Source: Candidatus Saccharimonas aalborgensis (lineage in GTDB: Bacteria; Patescibacteriota; Saccharimonadia; Saccharimonadales; Saccharimonadaceae). From it: 32,000 nt of DNA. Under the pieces are notes generated by a model, which worked only from the letters and a program-made list of their open reading frames with translations, was not told the DNA's origin and did no database searches. The DNA lies in assembly GCF_000392435.1 (NCBI RefSeq), contig NC_021219.1, positions 180,001 through 212,000 on the forward strand, given 5' to 3'. Every line of letters starts with the position of its first letter. Position 1 is the first letter of the stretch. Position numbers and translations under genes: made by a program. Shown in pieces: positions 15,257 to 24,386 of this stretch.

Positions 15257-17590
15257 ATGAACTCGAGTGAACTGATCGGAATCTTACGACGAAACATCCT
15301 CACGCCCGTAGTGCTTTCTATCTACGTACTAGCAGGTATTCTACTATTTCTCCACGAATACCGTGACGCGTGGTTTATGTCCTTTGTTATTACCCTCAAT
15401 ACGATTTTTGCTATTGTCCAGGAAATCAGAGCACGCCGAGCTCTGCATAAGCTTGAGCTAATGAACGCCCCCTTTGCTCGCATACCGCAACCAGACGGCA
15501 CGCTCAAGCAGGTTCCCTACACCGATCTAACTGTTGGTACAACGATTGAGCTGCTGCCGGGTGATGAAGTGCCGGCAGATGGAGAGGTGATAGAATCTCG
15601 CGGGCTTGAAGTAAATGAGAGCATCCTCACCGGAGAATCACGTTCAATTGAAAAACCAATGAAATCCACCGTCTTAGCGTCGAGTTCTGTTGTCGCTGGT
15701 ACTGCACTCGTCAGGGTCAGTGCTGTTGGCGTCGATACAAAAGCAGGTGTAATGACTTCACAACTTAAACAATACCGGCCAGAGCTCACGCCATTGCAGC
15801 AAATACTTGCTCGGCTCATCCTCTGGCTTACCTTTGGAGCAATGGCTGTGATCCTATTTATATGGCTTGCCTATTGGCTTGCGGGCTATTCTACAACTGT
15901 TATATTTAAGACAATCACTAGCGCAGGAATTACGATTATTCCCGAAGGTCTCATCCTCGCAAGCACATTGCTGCTCGCATTTGGTTCGCTCAAACTTGCT
16001 CGCGCTAATGTTCTTCCCCAAAAACTGTCTGCTATCGAGGCTATGGCTCTTCTTAAGGTCCTTTGCGTTGACAAGACAGGCACTCTCACGAGTGATGCAA
16101 TCGAGTTTGATCGAGTTGAGGCTTTCGAAGATGAGACAGACGCTCTCCAAAAAAAGGTTGGCGTAGCAGCAAGTCTCATTGGCGGAGGGAACGCGACAAG
16201 CGATGCCATCACAACCGCTTTGGCTACGGCGGCTCATGCAACTGCGCTTGACACGCTCGCGTTTTCGTCGGAGCGCAAATTAAGCGCCGTTCGCTATCGT
16301 CTCGACGGCCAAACGCACACGATAATGCTTGGTGCACCGGAGTTTGTTGCTGCCTATGCACCGATCAGCCACACCCAGAAACAGCTCATTGAACGCTATG
16401 CATCTGAGGGACTGAGGGTACTCCTCGTTGCGTCATTCGACGACAAAAAAACTCCCCTAAAAACGTTGCCACAGAAAAGTGGTCTGCCACTAGGCCTTAT
16501 CATTTTACGCAATCAATTGCGTGAAGGCGTCAAAACCACTGTTTCCTTCCTGCAAAAGCGAGGTGTCAGTATCCGCGTCATTAGTGGTGATAATCCTGAT
16601 ACCGTGCGCTACATCGCCAGGAGCGCTGGAATTATTAACACTGACGCAACCATTACCGGTGCGGACTTAGAGAAGTTATCAAAAAAACAGTGGGACAAAA
16701 CCATTCTTAACACGACGATTTTTGCTCGTGTACTCCCTGAACAAAAAGAAGCACTCATCGACACATTTAAACGACATGGCCTCTATACAGGCATGGTGGG
16801 CGATGGAGTCAATGATGCTCTGGCATTAAAGAAAGCCGATCTCGGCGTTGCTATGTTTGCAGGAGCGGCCGCAAGCCGACGTGTCGCCGATATTATCCTT
16901 CTCAATAATTCATTCAACTCACTTCCTATCGGTATGCGACTAGGAAATCGTATTATGCAAGCAATCGAACTCGTTTCACTGCTGTTTTTTCACAAGATTC
17001 TCTATGGACTCGTCGTGCTATTTCTCACGATTGCTCTCTCGCTACAATATCCCTTTGCACCCCGACACAATACCTTTATGAATATTTTTATGGTCAGTTT
17101 GCCGACACTCATGTGGACATTTTTCCCTCCTCAACCGCTTCACCGCGTCAATCCAAAACGTTTCTGGCAAGATACTTTTTGGCCTATTCTACCAATTTCG
17201 CTCATCTCGGGTATTGCCGTTACGGCTGGATATGCCTACGCTATGGATATCCTCAAGCTTGATTATATGACGTCGGGAACCATCGCAGTCATCATGGCAA
17301 CCGCCATTGCTATTAGTCTCGTATTTCAGTCAAGTCGTATGCTCGGAGTCAAGATAACTCGTCGCACAGCCAGTGCACGATTATTTTACGTTGTTTGGGC
17401 ATCACTGGTGGTATTCCTAGCATTCGGCTTCCAGTTCTCGCGCAGCTTCTTTGACTTCAACCATCCCGCTTCTAACCGACTCCACGAACTCTGGCCCATA
17501 CTCTTAGTGCTCACTATCACGCTACTAGTGCATTACTTGTTTGCACGCCTTGCGGGTACCCGCATACGAAAAGACAATACGGCAATGTAA
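15257..17590 (+). CDS. cation-translocating P-type ATPase (P2-type; PEGL motif)
   Basis: TGES, PEGL, CVDKTGTLT, GDGVNDALALKKAD. About 10 TM segments. 777 aa. Confidence 0.9.
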   Translation: MNSSELIGILRRNILTPVVLSIYVLAGILLFLHEYRDAWFMSFVITLNTIFAIVQEIRARRALHKLELMNAPFARIPQPDGTLKQVPYTDLTVGTTIELLPGDEVPADGEVIESRGLEVNESILTGESRSIEKPMKSTVLASSSVVAGTALVRVSAVGVDTKAGVMTSQLKQYRPELTPLQQILARLILWLTFGAMAVILFIWLAYWLAGYSTTVIFKTITSAGITIIPEGLILASTLLLAFGSLKLARANVLPQKLSAIEAMALLKVLCVDKTGTLTSDAIEFDRVEAFEDETDALQKKVGVAASLIGGGNATSDAITTALATAAHATALDTLAFSSERKLSAVRYRLDGQTHTIMLGAPEFVAAYAPISHTQKQLIERYASEGLRVLLVASFDDKKTPLKTLPQKSGLPLGLIILRNQLREGVKTTVSFLQKRGVSIRVISGDNPDTVRYIARSAGIINTDATITGADLEKLSKKQWDKTILNTTIFARVLPEQKEALIDTFKRHGLYTGMVGDGVNDALALKKADLGVAMFAGAAASRRVADIILLNNSFNSLPIGMRLGNRIMQAIELVSLLFFHKILYGLVVLFLTIALSLQYPFAPRHNTFMNIFMVSLPTLMWTFFPPQPLHRVNPKRFWQDTFWPILPISLISGIAVTAGYAYAMDILKLDYMTSGTIAVIMATAIAISLVFQSSRMLGVKITRRTASARLFYVVWASLVVFLAFGFQFSRSFFDFNHPASNRLHELWPILLVLTITLLVHYLFARLAGTRIRKDNTAM

Positions 17591-17602
17591 TTTCATTCTC
17601 TC

Positions 17603-17679
17603 TGGTGGAGCATATCGGATTCGAACCGATCGCCTCTTCCATGCCATGGAAGCGCTCTAGCCAAATGAGCTAATGCCCC
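17603..17679 (-). tRNA. tRNA-Ala (anticodon GGC), CCA encoded
   Basis: Hand fold of the reverse complement, 77 nt: GGGGCAT/ATGCTCC acceptor with G3:U70, D arm GCTC-ATTTGGCTA-GAGC, anticodon arm CTTCC-ATGGCAT-GGAAG, T arm ATCGG-TTCGAAT-CCGAT. Confidence 0.9.
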
Positions 17680-17951
17680 TTATCGGGAGGGTACTGCCCT
17701 CCACTTCGCTCTCGAAATTAATTCGAGATCTCGCTCCACCCGCTAAACCCAGTACTTCGTACTGGTGCTGCTAGCGTTGGACATTTTCTATCATAACAAA
17801 ACACCCCTCTTCCGAGAAGTGTTTTGTTGCTGCTACGCGCCCACCCGGGGCACGGTGTTGGTGAAGCTGTTTGTTTTTTCAATCGCAACGGGCACCCCGT
17901 ATGCGTACCAGCATCTTCATAGTATGCTACCGACCAGGAAAAAGCGCAAGC

Positions 17952-17960
17952 ATGATATAG
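17952..17960 (+). promoter_or_regulatory. extended -10 element TGATATAGT, 9 nt upstream of ATG 17970
   Basis: Read directly: TGATATAGTaaacagagATG. Confidence 0.4.
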
Positions 17961-17969
17961 TAAACAGAG

Positions 17970-18218
17970 ATGAAAAAAACTCGTAACTCTATTATCCTTG
18001 ATGCAATCGGCTGGGCTGGGACAGTGCTCGTCATTGGCGGCTATGGCGCCTACGCAATCGGGCTCATTTCTGACGTAGTTATCTATCATATTTTCAATCT
18101 GTTTGGATCAATCGGCGTACTGGTACTCTCGACATATCGCCGAATTTGGCAACCGGTTGTTATCAATGGCTGTTTTGCCCTATTTGCCTTAATTGCCATT
18201 ATTCGTCATTACCTCTAG
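17970..18218 (+). CDS. small 3-TM membrane protein of unknown function
   Basis: 82-aa ORF with three hydrophobic helices. No PQ motif, so it is not an obvious SemiSWEET. Confidence 0.55.
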   Translation: MKKTRNSIILDAIGWAGTVLVIGGYGAYAIGLISDVVIYHIFNLFGSIGVLVLSTYRRIWQPVVINGCFALFALIAIIRHYL

Positions 18219-18348
18219 CCAAATAACAACAAATGTGCTTAACTAGAGGTGTTCAGAACTATGTACACGTCATCAGTAAAGAGTCTTTTCTTTCTTGTAC
18301 CGGTACCTAGGGTCGATCTGACTCATTATTAACTACAAGAGAGAAGAA

Positions 18349-18669
18349 ATGGCAAAAGCAAATCTTTTCGTCGGCAGTCTTGCTTACGCAACCACTGACG
18401 ACAGCCTCAACGCTTTCTTTGCAACAGTTGGTCCTGTTGTTAGCGCTCGTGTTATCACTGACCGTGATAGCGGACGCAGCAAAGGCTTTGGCTTTGTCGA
18501 ATTCGAGAACGAAGACGACAACCAAAAAGCTATCGACCAGCTTAACGGCAAAGAGCTTGACGGCCGAACTATCGCTATCAGCGTTGCTCGTCCAAAGGAA
18601 GATCGCCCACGCGGCGGTAACTTTGGCGGCAACAACGACGGCAACTCATTCCGTCAGCGTAGCTGGTAA
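18349..18669 (+). CDS. RRM-type RNA-binding protein with a Gly/Arg-rich tail
   Basis: RNP-2 LFVGSL, RNP-1 KGFGFVEF, C-terminal RGGNFGGNNDGN. Confidence 0.9.
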   Translation: MAKANLFVGSLAYATTDDSLNAFFATVGPVVSARVITDRDSGRSKGFGFVEFENEDDNQKAIDQLNGKELDGRTIAISVARPKEDRPRGGNFGGNNDGNSFRQRSW

Positions 18670-18685
18670 ATGCAGTGAAATAAAA

Positions 18686-18720
18686 ACGATCGCTACCATT
18701 ATGGCGGCGATCGTTTTTTT
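18686..18720. terminator. bidirectional rho-independent terminator between the convergent RRM gene and ABC exporter
   Basis: AAAAACGATCGC-taccattatggcg-GCGATCGTTTTTTT: an 8-bp stem flanked by an A-run and a T-run. Confidence 0.8.
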
Positions 18721-18721
18721 G

Positions 18722-20521
18722 TTATCTCAGCTGATCTTTAAACATACGAAAGTATTCGCCCTTCAGCGCAACTAATTCCTGGTGCGTGCCCGATTCGGCA
18801 ATTCGCCCATCCTTCATCATATAGATAACGTCAGCTCGCTCGATAGTGCTAAGTCGATGGCTGATCATGATAAGCGTATGTTGTTTATCTTTAAATAGAT
18901 GCGAGAAAATCCGTGACTCTGCCAGTGCATCAATAGCACTGGTTGGTTCATCCAAAATAACAATCGGACTCTGACGATAGAAGTTACGTGCCAGAGCCAG
19001 TCGCTGCCATTGTCCTCCCGACAAATCAACACCAGGTGTGCCGTCATCGTGCTCGAGCCACTTATCGAGATTTGTGAGGTCACCCTTAGGTAGTTTCTCA
19101 ACGAACGAACGTGCCTCGGCTCGATCGAGGGCTTGTCGATAGCGCGCCTGGTTGAAATCACTGTCGATATCACCAAATCGTACATTGTCACGTGCATTTG
19201 TGTACCAATACTGGACAAAGTCTTGGTGTAGTACGCCGAGTTGTCGATGCCAGTCAGTCTTTTTTATCTCTCTTAGGTCGACACCATCTATTGTTATGGC
19301 TCCTCTCGACGGTTCATAGAGACCCAATAGGAGCTTAATCAACGTCGATTTACCAGCACCATTTTCACCGACAATCGCAATATGCTGATGACGTTTGATG
19401 GAAAGTGAAATGTCGTGCAGCACTTCTTGCTCGGCATTTGGGTACGCAAACCAAACATTTTCTACCGAAATGATTTTCGGGGAAACCGTGAGTGATGTCC
19501 GCCCCTGCTCTCCTGTCGGAATTGCCATAAACGCATCGTAGTCGAAAAGAGTGGCAAGATCTTCATCCATACTACTGTATTGGTTAATGAGAGAACCGAC
19601 ACTCGAAAGTGCTCGCGTCACCAGCGACTGCGCATACACAAATTGACCAATCGGCTGCCGTCTCGCAATAATCTCACCAACAATGTAGAGAAGGATACCA
19701 AGTTCGGCCGCCGCTTCAAAGAGCTGAGCGCCAAGCCGCTTAGTAATATACTTGCGTTCATAATCAATTTGTCCTTTTTTGTCGATATCACGCAAACGAG
19801 CATGCCATGCAATCAAGTGTGAAACAATGCCGTACATACGAAGTTCGGCAAAGTTTTTTGCCTGAAAAGAACTCCATCGAATCTGGCTCATCCGCCGCCT
19901 CGTCTCCACATTTTTCTTCCAGTGCGCTGATGATAGTCGAGACAATGCTAATTGCACCCACATACTGGGGATGACGGCAACGAGAATTACCGCACCCAAC
20001 CACACGTTGATGGTGGTCAGGGCAATCATAGCGATGATCGCCTGTATGATTGACGATATCATCTGAGCGATGGTATCGAAAAAACGCGAGAAAAAGTACG
20101 CAAAGTTTTGCGCTTTGTCAAATAAGTCTGCTGTCGACTTGTCATCATAGCGCCAAAACTCAATTCGTGAAAAATGCAGATGAAGTTGATCACTTACCGC
20201 CGCGTCAATTTGATAACGTGCCAATTCGGCGATATAACGTTCGATGCTACTCCATGCAACCTGTACCATACCGATAGCCGCAGTGATGATGACGTAGGTT
20301 GTTGCCATTTCCGCACTGCCCGCTTTGCCCGCAAATGCATCAGCCAGCGCCGTTGTCGACAGTGCCGCAAAATACGCAGTCACAATCGGCAAAATTGCAT
20401 CAATTAGTGCATTAAGTAATTTTACAAAGACGGCCAGTGGTGCAGCACGATATGTTGTCTTGGCAACACGCCACAATGCAACGAGCTTTTTTTGTACTGA
20501 TAGTTCAACCACCGCCGGCAC
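18722..20521 (-). CDS. ABC exporter, fused permease and ATPase (MsbA/ABCB-like half transporter)
   Basis: N-terminal TM domain plus an NBD with GENGAGKST, LSGGQWQRLALAR and ILDEPTSAID. GTG start 2 nt after the upstream stop, AAGGGG SD. Confidence 0.9.
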   Translation of the reverse strand: MPAVVELSVQKKLVALWRVAKTTYRAAPLAVFVKLLNALIDAILPIVTAYFAALSTTALADAFAGKAGSAEMATTYVIITAAIGMVQVAWSSIERYIAELARYQIDAAVSDQLHLHFSRIEFWRYDDKSTADLFDKAQNFAYFFSRFFDTIAQMISSIIQAIIAMIALTTINVWLGAVILVAVIPSMWVQLALSRLSSAHWKKNVETRRRMSQIRWSSFQAKNFAELRMYGIVSHLIAWHARLRDIDKKGQIDYERKYITKRLGAQLFEAAAELGILLYIVGEIIARRQPIGQFVYAQSLVTRALSSVGSLINQYSSMDEDLATLFDYDAFMAIPTGEQGRTSLTVSPKIISVENVWFAYPNAEQEVLHDISLSIKRHQHIAIVGENGAGKSTLIKLLLGLYEPSRGAITIDGVDLREIKKTDWHRQLGVLHQDFVQYWYTNARDNVRFGDIDSDFNQARYRQALDRAEARSFVEKLPKGDLTNLDKWLEHDDGTPGVDLSGGQWQRLALARNFYRQSPIVILDEPTSAIDALAESRIFSHLFKDKQHTLIMISHRLSTIERADVIYMMKDGRIAESGTHQELVALKGEYFRMFKDQLR

Positions 20522-20523
20522 TA

Positions 20524-21276
20524 CTAAGCCCCTTGCGTTTGGCTGGTTTTTTGTGAAGACGTACGTGTTGCAAGTTGTCTCTGTCGATAATATTCAGGCA
20601 GCACCACCCCGACCAGCGCAACAGCCAGCAGAACAGCAAAGCCGCACATAATCGATGGGATGCCCTTGATTGTGGCGGGGTCGACAATATTTACGGCCGT
20701 AGTAGGCACGATAAACACGAGATAGCCGGCTGCCAGACCTCTGAGCGCACGACTGATATGAGGAGCCGAGGCTTTCTTTGCGTGTGATAAACAATAGAAC
20801 GTTCCAGCCAATAGCCAGCCATAGTAGTAGAACGCGTACCAGCCAATCGCCATGGGAGCAGACTGGAAAATAACATAATTACCCAAGCATGCGCTTGAAG
20901 AAATGCCGTGTCCTGTCAAAGCAAAGAATCCAGCAAAGAGTGCGGCGGATCCATAGGCGGCCATCAGCATCGTACGATTACGACGTCCGGCAATGCGTGA
21001 CGCAAGATGAAAGCCGAGTGGTGGTAACAAAGTAATTGCAACATAGCCTATGCGTGCCCACGATAAGCTATCGACCCCAAAGCTTCCTTCACATATGTTG
21101 TACTCAGCAAGTTGAAATACGGCAAGGAAGAATAAGATCGCGATAGAAAGCTTTGAAACAGCATCAAGTGTGTAGCGCCACCCTACATACAGTGCGAGCC
21201 CTATCTCGATCATAAATGTTGCTAGCATCACTGGTGGCGAAAAGCATGACATTTGCAGTGGTTTGTAGTATCGCAT
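20524..21276 (-). CDS. hypothetical polytopic membrane protein (first gene of the operon with the ABC exporter)
   Basis: ORF track 20524..21339; about 7 hydrophobic segments. I moved the start to ATG 21276, which sits 6 nt after an extended -10. Confidence 0.6.
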   Translation of the reverse strand: MRYYKPLQMSCFSPPVMLATFMIEIGLALYVGWRYTLDAVSKLSIAILFFLAVFQLAEYNICEGSFGVDSLSWARIGYVAITLLPPLGFHLASRIAGRRNRTMLMAAYGSAALFAGFFALTGHGISSSACLGNYVIFQSAPMAIGWYAFYYYGWLLAGTFYCLSHAKKASAPHISRALRGLAAGYLVFIVPTTAVNIVDPATIKGIPSIMCGFAVLLAVALVGVVLPEYYRQRQLATRTSSQKTSQTQGA

Positions 21277-21282
21277 GTGCCT

Positions 21283-21291
21283 ATCATAGCA
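21283..21291 (-). promoter_or_regulatory. extended -10 element TGCTATGAT, leaderless configuration
   Basis: Reverse complement of 21274..21291 reads TGCTATGATaggcacATG. Confidence 0.5.
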
Positions 21292-21321
21292 AATCTCTCC
21301 TTTTACGCACAGCAATCGTAA

Positions 21322-21342
21322 TTGGTGTACTATTGACACTAA
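21322..21342. promoter_or_regulatory. candidate NrtR operator (imperfect) overlapping the nadE -35
   Basis: TTgGTGTA-ctatt-gACACTAA. Confidence 0.45.
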
Positions 21343-21361
21343 ATTTTCTGTCTCGTATATT
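21333..21361 (+). promoter_or_regulatory. nadE promoter: -35 TTGACA, 17-nt spacer, -10 TATATT
   Basis: TTGACA at 21333..21338 and TATATT at 21356..21361. Confidence 0.6.
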
Positions 21362-21381
21362 TAGTGTATAAAGTACACTAA
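21361..21381. promoter_or_regulatory. candidate NrtR operator (perfect palindrome) at the nadE -10/TSS
   Basis: TTAGTGTA-taaag-TACACTAA. The perfect inverted repeat extends to 21360..21382. Confidence 0.65.
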
Positions 21382-21397
21382 ATGAAAGCAGGTTATC

Positions 21398-22201
21398 ATG
21401 CGCGAACGACAACATGAAATTATCGAGAAGCTCGGTGTCAAACCAATAATAGATCCACGCGAAGAAGTAGAACAACGTACCCACCTCCTTGCCAGCTATT
21501 TGCGCGAGCATCACAGAGCCGGATACACACTAGGCATATCAGGTGGGCAGGATTCACTTCTCGTGGGGCTACTCGCGCAGCGGGCGGTCATGCTCAATCG
21601 AACCCTTGGCTATGACTCGACATTTTCGGCAATACTACTCCCCTATGGCACACAGGCCGATAGAGCTGATGCGCTGCTAGCAATTGATACGATCAAGCCT
21701 GATCATACTATCGATTTTAATATTGCCTCCGTTGTGGACGCGTTTGTATCCTCATATGATGCCGCAAGTGGGGAATCATTGACCGATTTTCACAAAGGAA
21801 ACGTCAAAGCGCGAACTCGGATGATGGCACAATATGCAGTTGCCGGCATGCATGATCAAGTCGTACTCAGTACAGACCATGCCGCTGAAGCCTTGGTTGG
21901 ATTCTTTACAAAATTTGGTGATGGTGCCGCCGATGTCGCTCCTATCGCCACGCTCAATAAACGTCAAGGTAGACAAGTGCTACGCTTCCTTGATGTACCC
22001 GAGGTATTTATTACAAAAGTGCCGACTGCTGACCTGCTCGATGCTACTCCTTCTCAGCCAGACGAAGTTGAACTAGGAATGACCTACGAAGATTTCGATG
22101 ATTATCTCGAAGGTTTTGAAGTTCCCGAAGAGAAAGCTATTGCTATTGAGCGCAGGCATGCTGCCATCTTGCACAAGCTCGAGCCAATTGTGAGGTTTTA
22201 G
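21398..22201 (+). CDS. nadE: NH3-dependent NAD+ synthetase
   Basis: PP-loop GISGGQDS; 267 aa, the typical length for single-domain NadE. Confidence 0.9.
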   Translation: MRERQHEIIEKLGVKPIIDPREEVEQRTHLLASYLREHHRAGYTLGISGGQDSLLVGLLAQRAVMLNRTLGYDSTFSAILLPYGTQADRADALLAIDTIKPDHTIDFNIASVVDAFVSSYDAASGESLTDFHKGNVKARTRMMAQYAVAGMHDQVVLSTDHAAEALVGFFTKFGDGAADVAPIATLNKRQGRQVLRFLDVPEVFITKVPTADLLDATPSQPDEVELGMTYEDFDDYLEGFEVPEEKAIAIERRHAAILHKLEPIVRF

Positions 22202-22250
22202 TCAATTATGTCGGATTGTTGAGTGCCTTTTCAAACGATCTATTGTATTG

Positions 22251-22256
22251 TAGACT
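22251..22256 (+). promoter_or_regulatory. -10-like TAGACT, 6 nt upstream of the nrtR ATG (leaderless configuration)
   Basis: Read directly: TTGTAGACTtagtgtATG. The same TAGACT hexamer serves as the -10 of the pnuC promoter. Confidence 0.4.
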
Positions 22257-22276
22257 TAGTGTATGAAGTACAGTAG
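22256..22276. promoter_or_regulatory. candidate NrtR operator covering the nrtR TSS and start codon (autoregulation)
   Basis: TTAGTGTA-tgaag-TACAgTAg. The ATG at 22263 lies inside the left arm. Confidence 0.5.
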
Positions 22277-22940
22277 CCCCTATGTCCCACCTACACTGAC
22301 CGTTGACGCTGTTATATTTCAACTTCACGGTGATAAACTAGAGGTTCTCCTCACCCAGCGTGAAAGCGATCCTTTCAAGGGGGAGTGGGCACTACCGGGT
22401 GGATACAATGCTGTCGGCAGCACTACCATTGAGGCACTTACTGAAATTGTTTTGCGCAAGACGGGCGTTGATCTCGACAACGATCTCGCTTATATCGAAC
22501 AGCTCTATACGTTTGACACGGTCGCTCGCGATCCGAGAGGACATGCCGTATCTGTTACCTATATGGGCTGTAGTCGAGCTATCACCCTCGGTACCGGCAG
22601 CCAGCATGCTGAGTTTTTTCCCGTCGATAGGCTTCCCAATCTCGCCTATGACCATGCGAGCATCATCACCTATGCCCAGGAACGTCTCGCAGCAAAGCTC
22701 ACCTATACCAATGCCGTGTCGGGGTTACTCGACAAGAAGTTTACGCTTTCCCAGCTGCAAACAGCATATGAGGCGGTGATGGGACGCTTGCTCGATAAAC
22801 GAAACTTCCGCAAAAAGTTTCTCACGCTCAATCTCATTCATGAGACGCCAGATACCTGGCGAGATGGTGCGCATCGCCCAGCAAAGTTATATGCATTCAA
22901 TTCGTCAAGCCTTGAGGTTCTTTCTCGAAGTTTCGACTAG
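22263..22940 (+). CDS. nrtR: NrtR-type transcriptional regulator (degenerate Nudix domain plus C-terminal winged helix)
   Basis: Nudix fold with a degenerate box (PGGYNAVGSTTIEALTEIVLRKTGV, which lacks the REx2EE signature). C-terminal FTLSQLQTAYEAVMGRLLDKRNFRKKF is typical of NrtR. Confidence 0.8.
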   Translation: MKYSSPYVPPTLTVDAVIFQLHGDKLEVLLTQRESDPFKGEWALPGGYNAVGSTTIEALTEIVLRKTGVDLDNDLAYIEQLYTFDTVARDPRGHAVSVTYMGCSRAITLGTGSQHAEFFPVDRLPNLAYDHASIITYAQERLAAKLTYTNAVSGLLDKKFTLSQLQTAYEAVMGRLLDKRNFRKKFLTLNLIHETPDTWRDGAHRPAKLYAFNSSSLEVLSRSFD

Positions 22941-23041
22941 CTAACACATAACATACACACCATCTCAATTCCCTATGCAAAACAGTGTGGCCAGAAAACA
23001 CACAATAGGGTAAATGGGTTCATATTCTGACAAATTGTTGA

Positions 23042-23062
23042 ATAGCGTTGACAATACACTAT
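23042..23062. promoter_or_regulatory. candidate NrtR operator (weak) overlapping the pnuC -35
   Basis: aTAGcGTt-gacaa-TACACTAt. Confidence 0.35.
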
Positions 23063-23076
23063 TCGCTTGGTAGACT
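23048..23076 (+). promoter_or_regulatory. pnuC promoter: -35 TTGACA, 17-nt spacer, -10 TAGACT
   Basis: TTGACA at 23048..23053 and TAGACT at 23071..23076. Confidence 0.55.
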
Positions 23077-23084
23077 GAAATTAG

Positions 23085-23105
23085 TTAGTGTAATATGTAC
23101 AATTA
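23085..23105. promoter_or_regulatory. candidate NrtR operator just downstream of the pnuC TSS
   Basis: TTAGTGTA-atatg-TACAaTtA. Confidence 0.5.
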
Positions 23106-23125
23106 GTACGGGAAGGAACACTCCA

Positions 23126-23845
23126 ATGAAAAAACTATTAACCACTAGTCGGGTCAGCAATACGCGAGATATCGCGGAAAGTGTATTTATAGGAGTTATC
23201 CTGACTACGCTTTCCTATGTCGTAGGTCTAAACGCCGGATGGGTTTCAAGTCTTAATCTGCTCGAGATTTTTGCCGTTTTTACCTCCTACTCAAGCACTT
23301 ATCTCTGCGTAAAAGAGCGACGCGCAAATTACCCGATCGGCGCTATCAGTACGGCCGCGTATATGCTACTGTTTCTGCAAAATGGGCTACTTGCCAGCGC
23401 CATTCTCAATGCTTATCTCACCCCCACGCTCATCTATGGGTGGATCAGGTGGCGCAAAGACAAGCAAACACGACCTGTCACCCACGTGCAACTTCAGTGG
23501 ATACCTGTCTATCTAGCCGTAGCTGGTGTCGGCTACGCTGGAGCAGCACTCATCAGTCAACAATTTGGCGGCACTATGGCATGGACGGATTCGATGATTT
23601 TGGCTGCTACCATTCTGGCTCAATTTTTGCTTGACAACAAAAAGCTAGAAAACTGGGTTGTATGGGCCGTTGTCAATGTGTTTGCTATCTATACCTACGC
23701 CACCACTGGACTACCACTTGTCGCCTTCCAATATGTGTTTTTCCTCCTCAACACAGTGTATGGATTTATGATGTGGCAACGGAGTAAAAAGATAACCGAC
23801 ACTCTACCGACTCACGCTGATACCGGCGTTCCCATGGAGGCATAG
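23126..23845 (+). CDS. pnuC: nicotinamide riboside transporter PnuC
   Basis: IYGWIRWRK and AQFLLDNKKLENWVVWAVVNV motifs; about 7 TM. ATG 23126 has a GGAAGGA SD; the track TTG start at 23048 lies inside the promoter. Confidence 0.85.
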   Translation: MKKLLTTSRVSNTRDIAESVFIGVILTTLSYVVGLNAGWVSSLNLLEIFAVFTSYSSTYLCVKERRANYPIGAISTAAYMLLFLQNGLLASAILNAYLTPTLIYGWIRWRKDKQTRPVTHVQLQWIPVYLAVAGVGYAGAALISQQFGGTMAWTDSMILAATILAQFLLDNKKLENWVVWAVVNVFAIYTYATTGLPLVAFQYVFFLLNTVYGFMMWQRSKKITDTLPTHADTGVPMEA

Positions 23846-23846
23846 C

Positions 23847-24386
23847 ATGAAACCATTTACCGTTACCATCATTGGCGCAGAGTCCACCGGCAAAACGAGT
23901 CTTTCTCGCCAGCTTGCCGATACAATGGATGGTGACTGGGTTCCTGAATTCGCCCGCCCCTACCTTGAAGTTACCGACGGCATCACAAATATCAGCTCGA
24001 TGCTCGCAATATGGCAAGGGCAACTAGCACTGCAACACGTTGCCACACAGTCGCCGCGACCGTACGTTATCCTCGACACCGATCTCTATGCAACTGTTGG
24101 TTACTGGAAGCTCCCGCAGAGCAAATCGTATCTTGGCGCATGTCCTGAAAAACTTATAGAAGACGCCGCATTATACCAATCAAACCTTTATCTCGTCACG
24201 CAAAGTAACATTCCCTTTGAGCCAGATGCGCTACGCTATGGCGGCGACAAACGAGAAAGCACAGATGAGTATTGGATACGACTCTGCAAAAGCTATCAAC
24301 TACCCTACCATGTTATATCGGCAGCTAACCGTGATGAGCGCTTAGCTGAAGCAATTGGCATCATAAACGAAAGGAGTGCACAATGA
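23847..24386 (+). CDS. stand-alone NadR-type ribosylnicotinamide-kinase-like P-loop protein (intact Walker A)
   Basis: IIGAESTGKTSL Walker A, ILDTD, and FEPDALRYGGDKRES (LID-like). It can be aligned to the C-terminal domain of NadR. Confidence 0.75.
   Translation: MKPFTVTIIGAESTGKTSLSRQLADTMDGDWVPEFARPYLEVTDGITNISSMLAIWQGQLALQHVATQSPRPYVILDTDLYATVGYWKLPQSKSYLGACPEKLIEDAALYQSNLYLVTQSNIPFEPDALRYGGDKRESTDEYWIRLCKSYQLPYHVISAANRDERLAEAIGIINERSAQ

Noticed and set aside
15322-16237. Several 60-127-aa antisense or alternate-frame ORFs inside the P-type ATPase. Similar ORFs lie inside the FemX genes (7104..7505), nrtR (22360..22779), nadR (24393..24815), GH13 (9562..9981) and the ABC exporter (18865..19218).
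   Set aside because: All are nested in longer ORFs that carry unambiguous family motifs. They have no independent start signals or recognisable motifs, so they are typical shadow ORFs.
17680-17951. Tested the structured spacer by eye for SRP/4.5S RNA, tmRNA, RNase P RNA and 6S RNA.
   Set aside because: I found no GGAAGCAGCC-type SRP helix-8 motif, no GAGGAAAGUCC RNase P P4 motif, no tRNA-like acceptor/T-arm end for tmRNA, and no long end-to-end closing helix for 6S. It stays an unassigned region.
18380-18775. 131-aa plus-strand and 86-aa minus-strand ORFs overlapping the RRM gene.
   Set aside because: They are alternative-frame and antisense shadows of a gene with clear RNP-1/RNP-2 motifs. 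They have low-complexity Ala/Leu/Ser/Thr composition.
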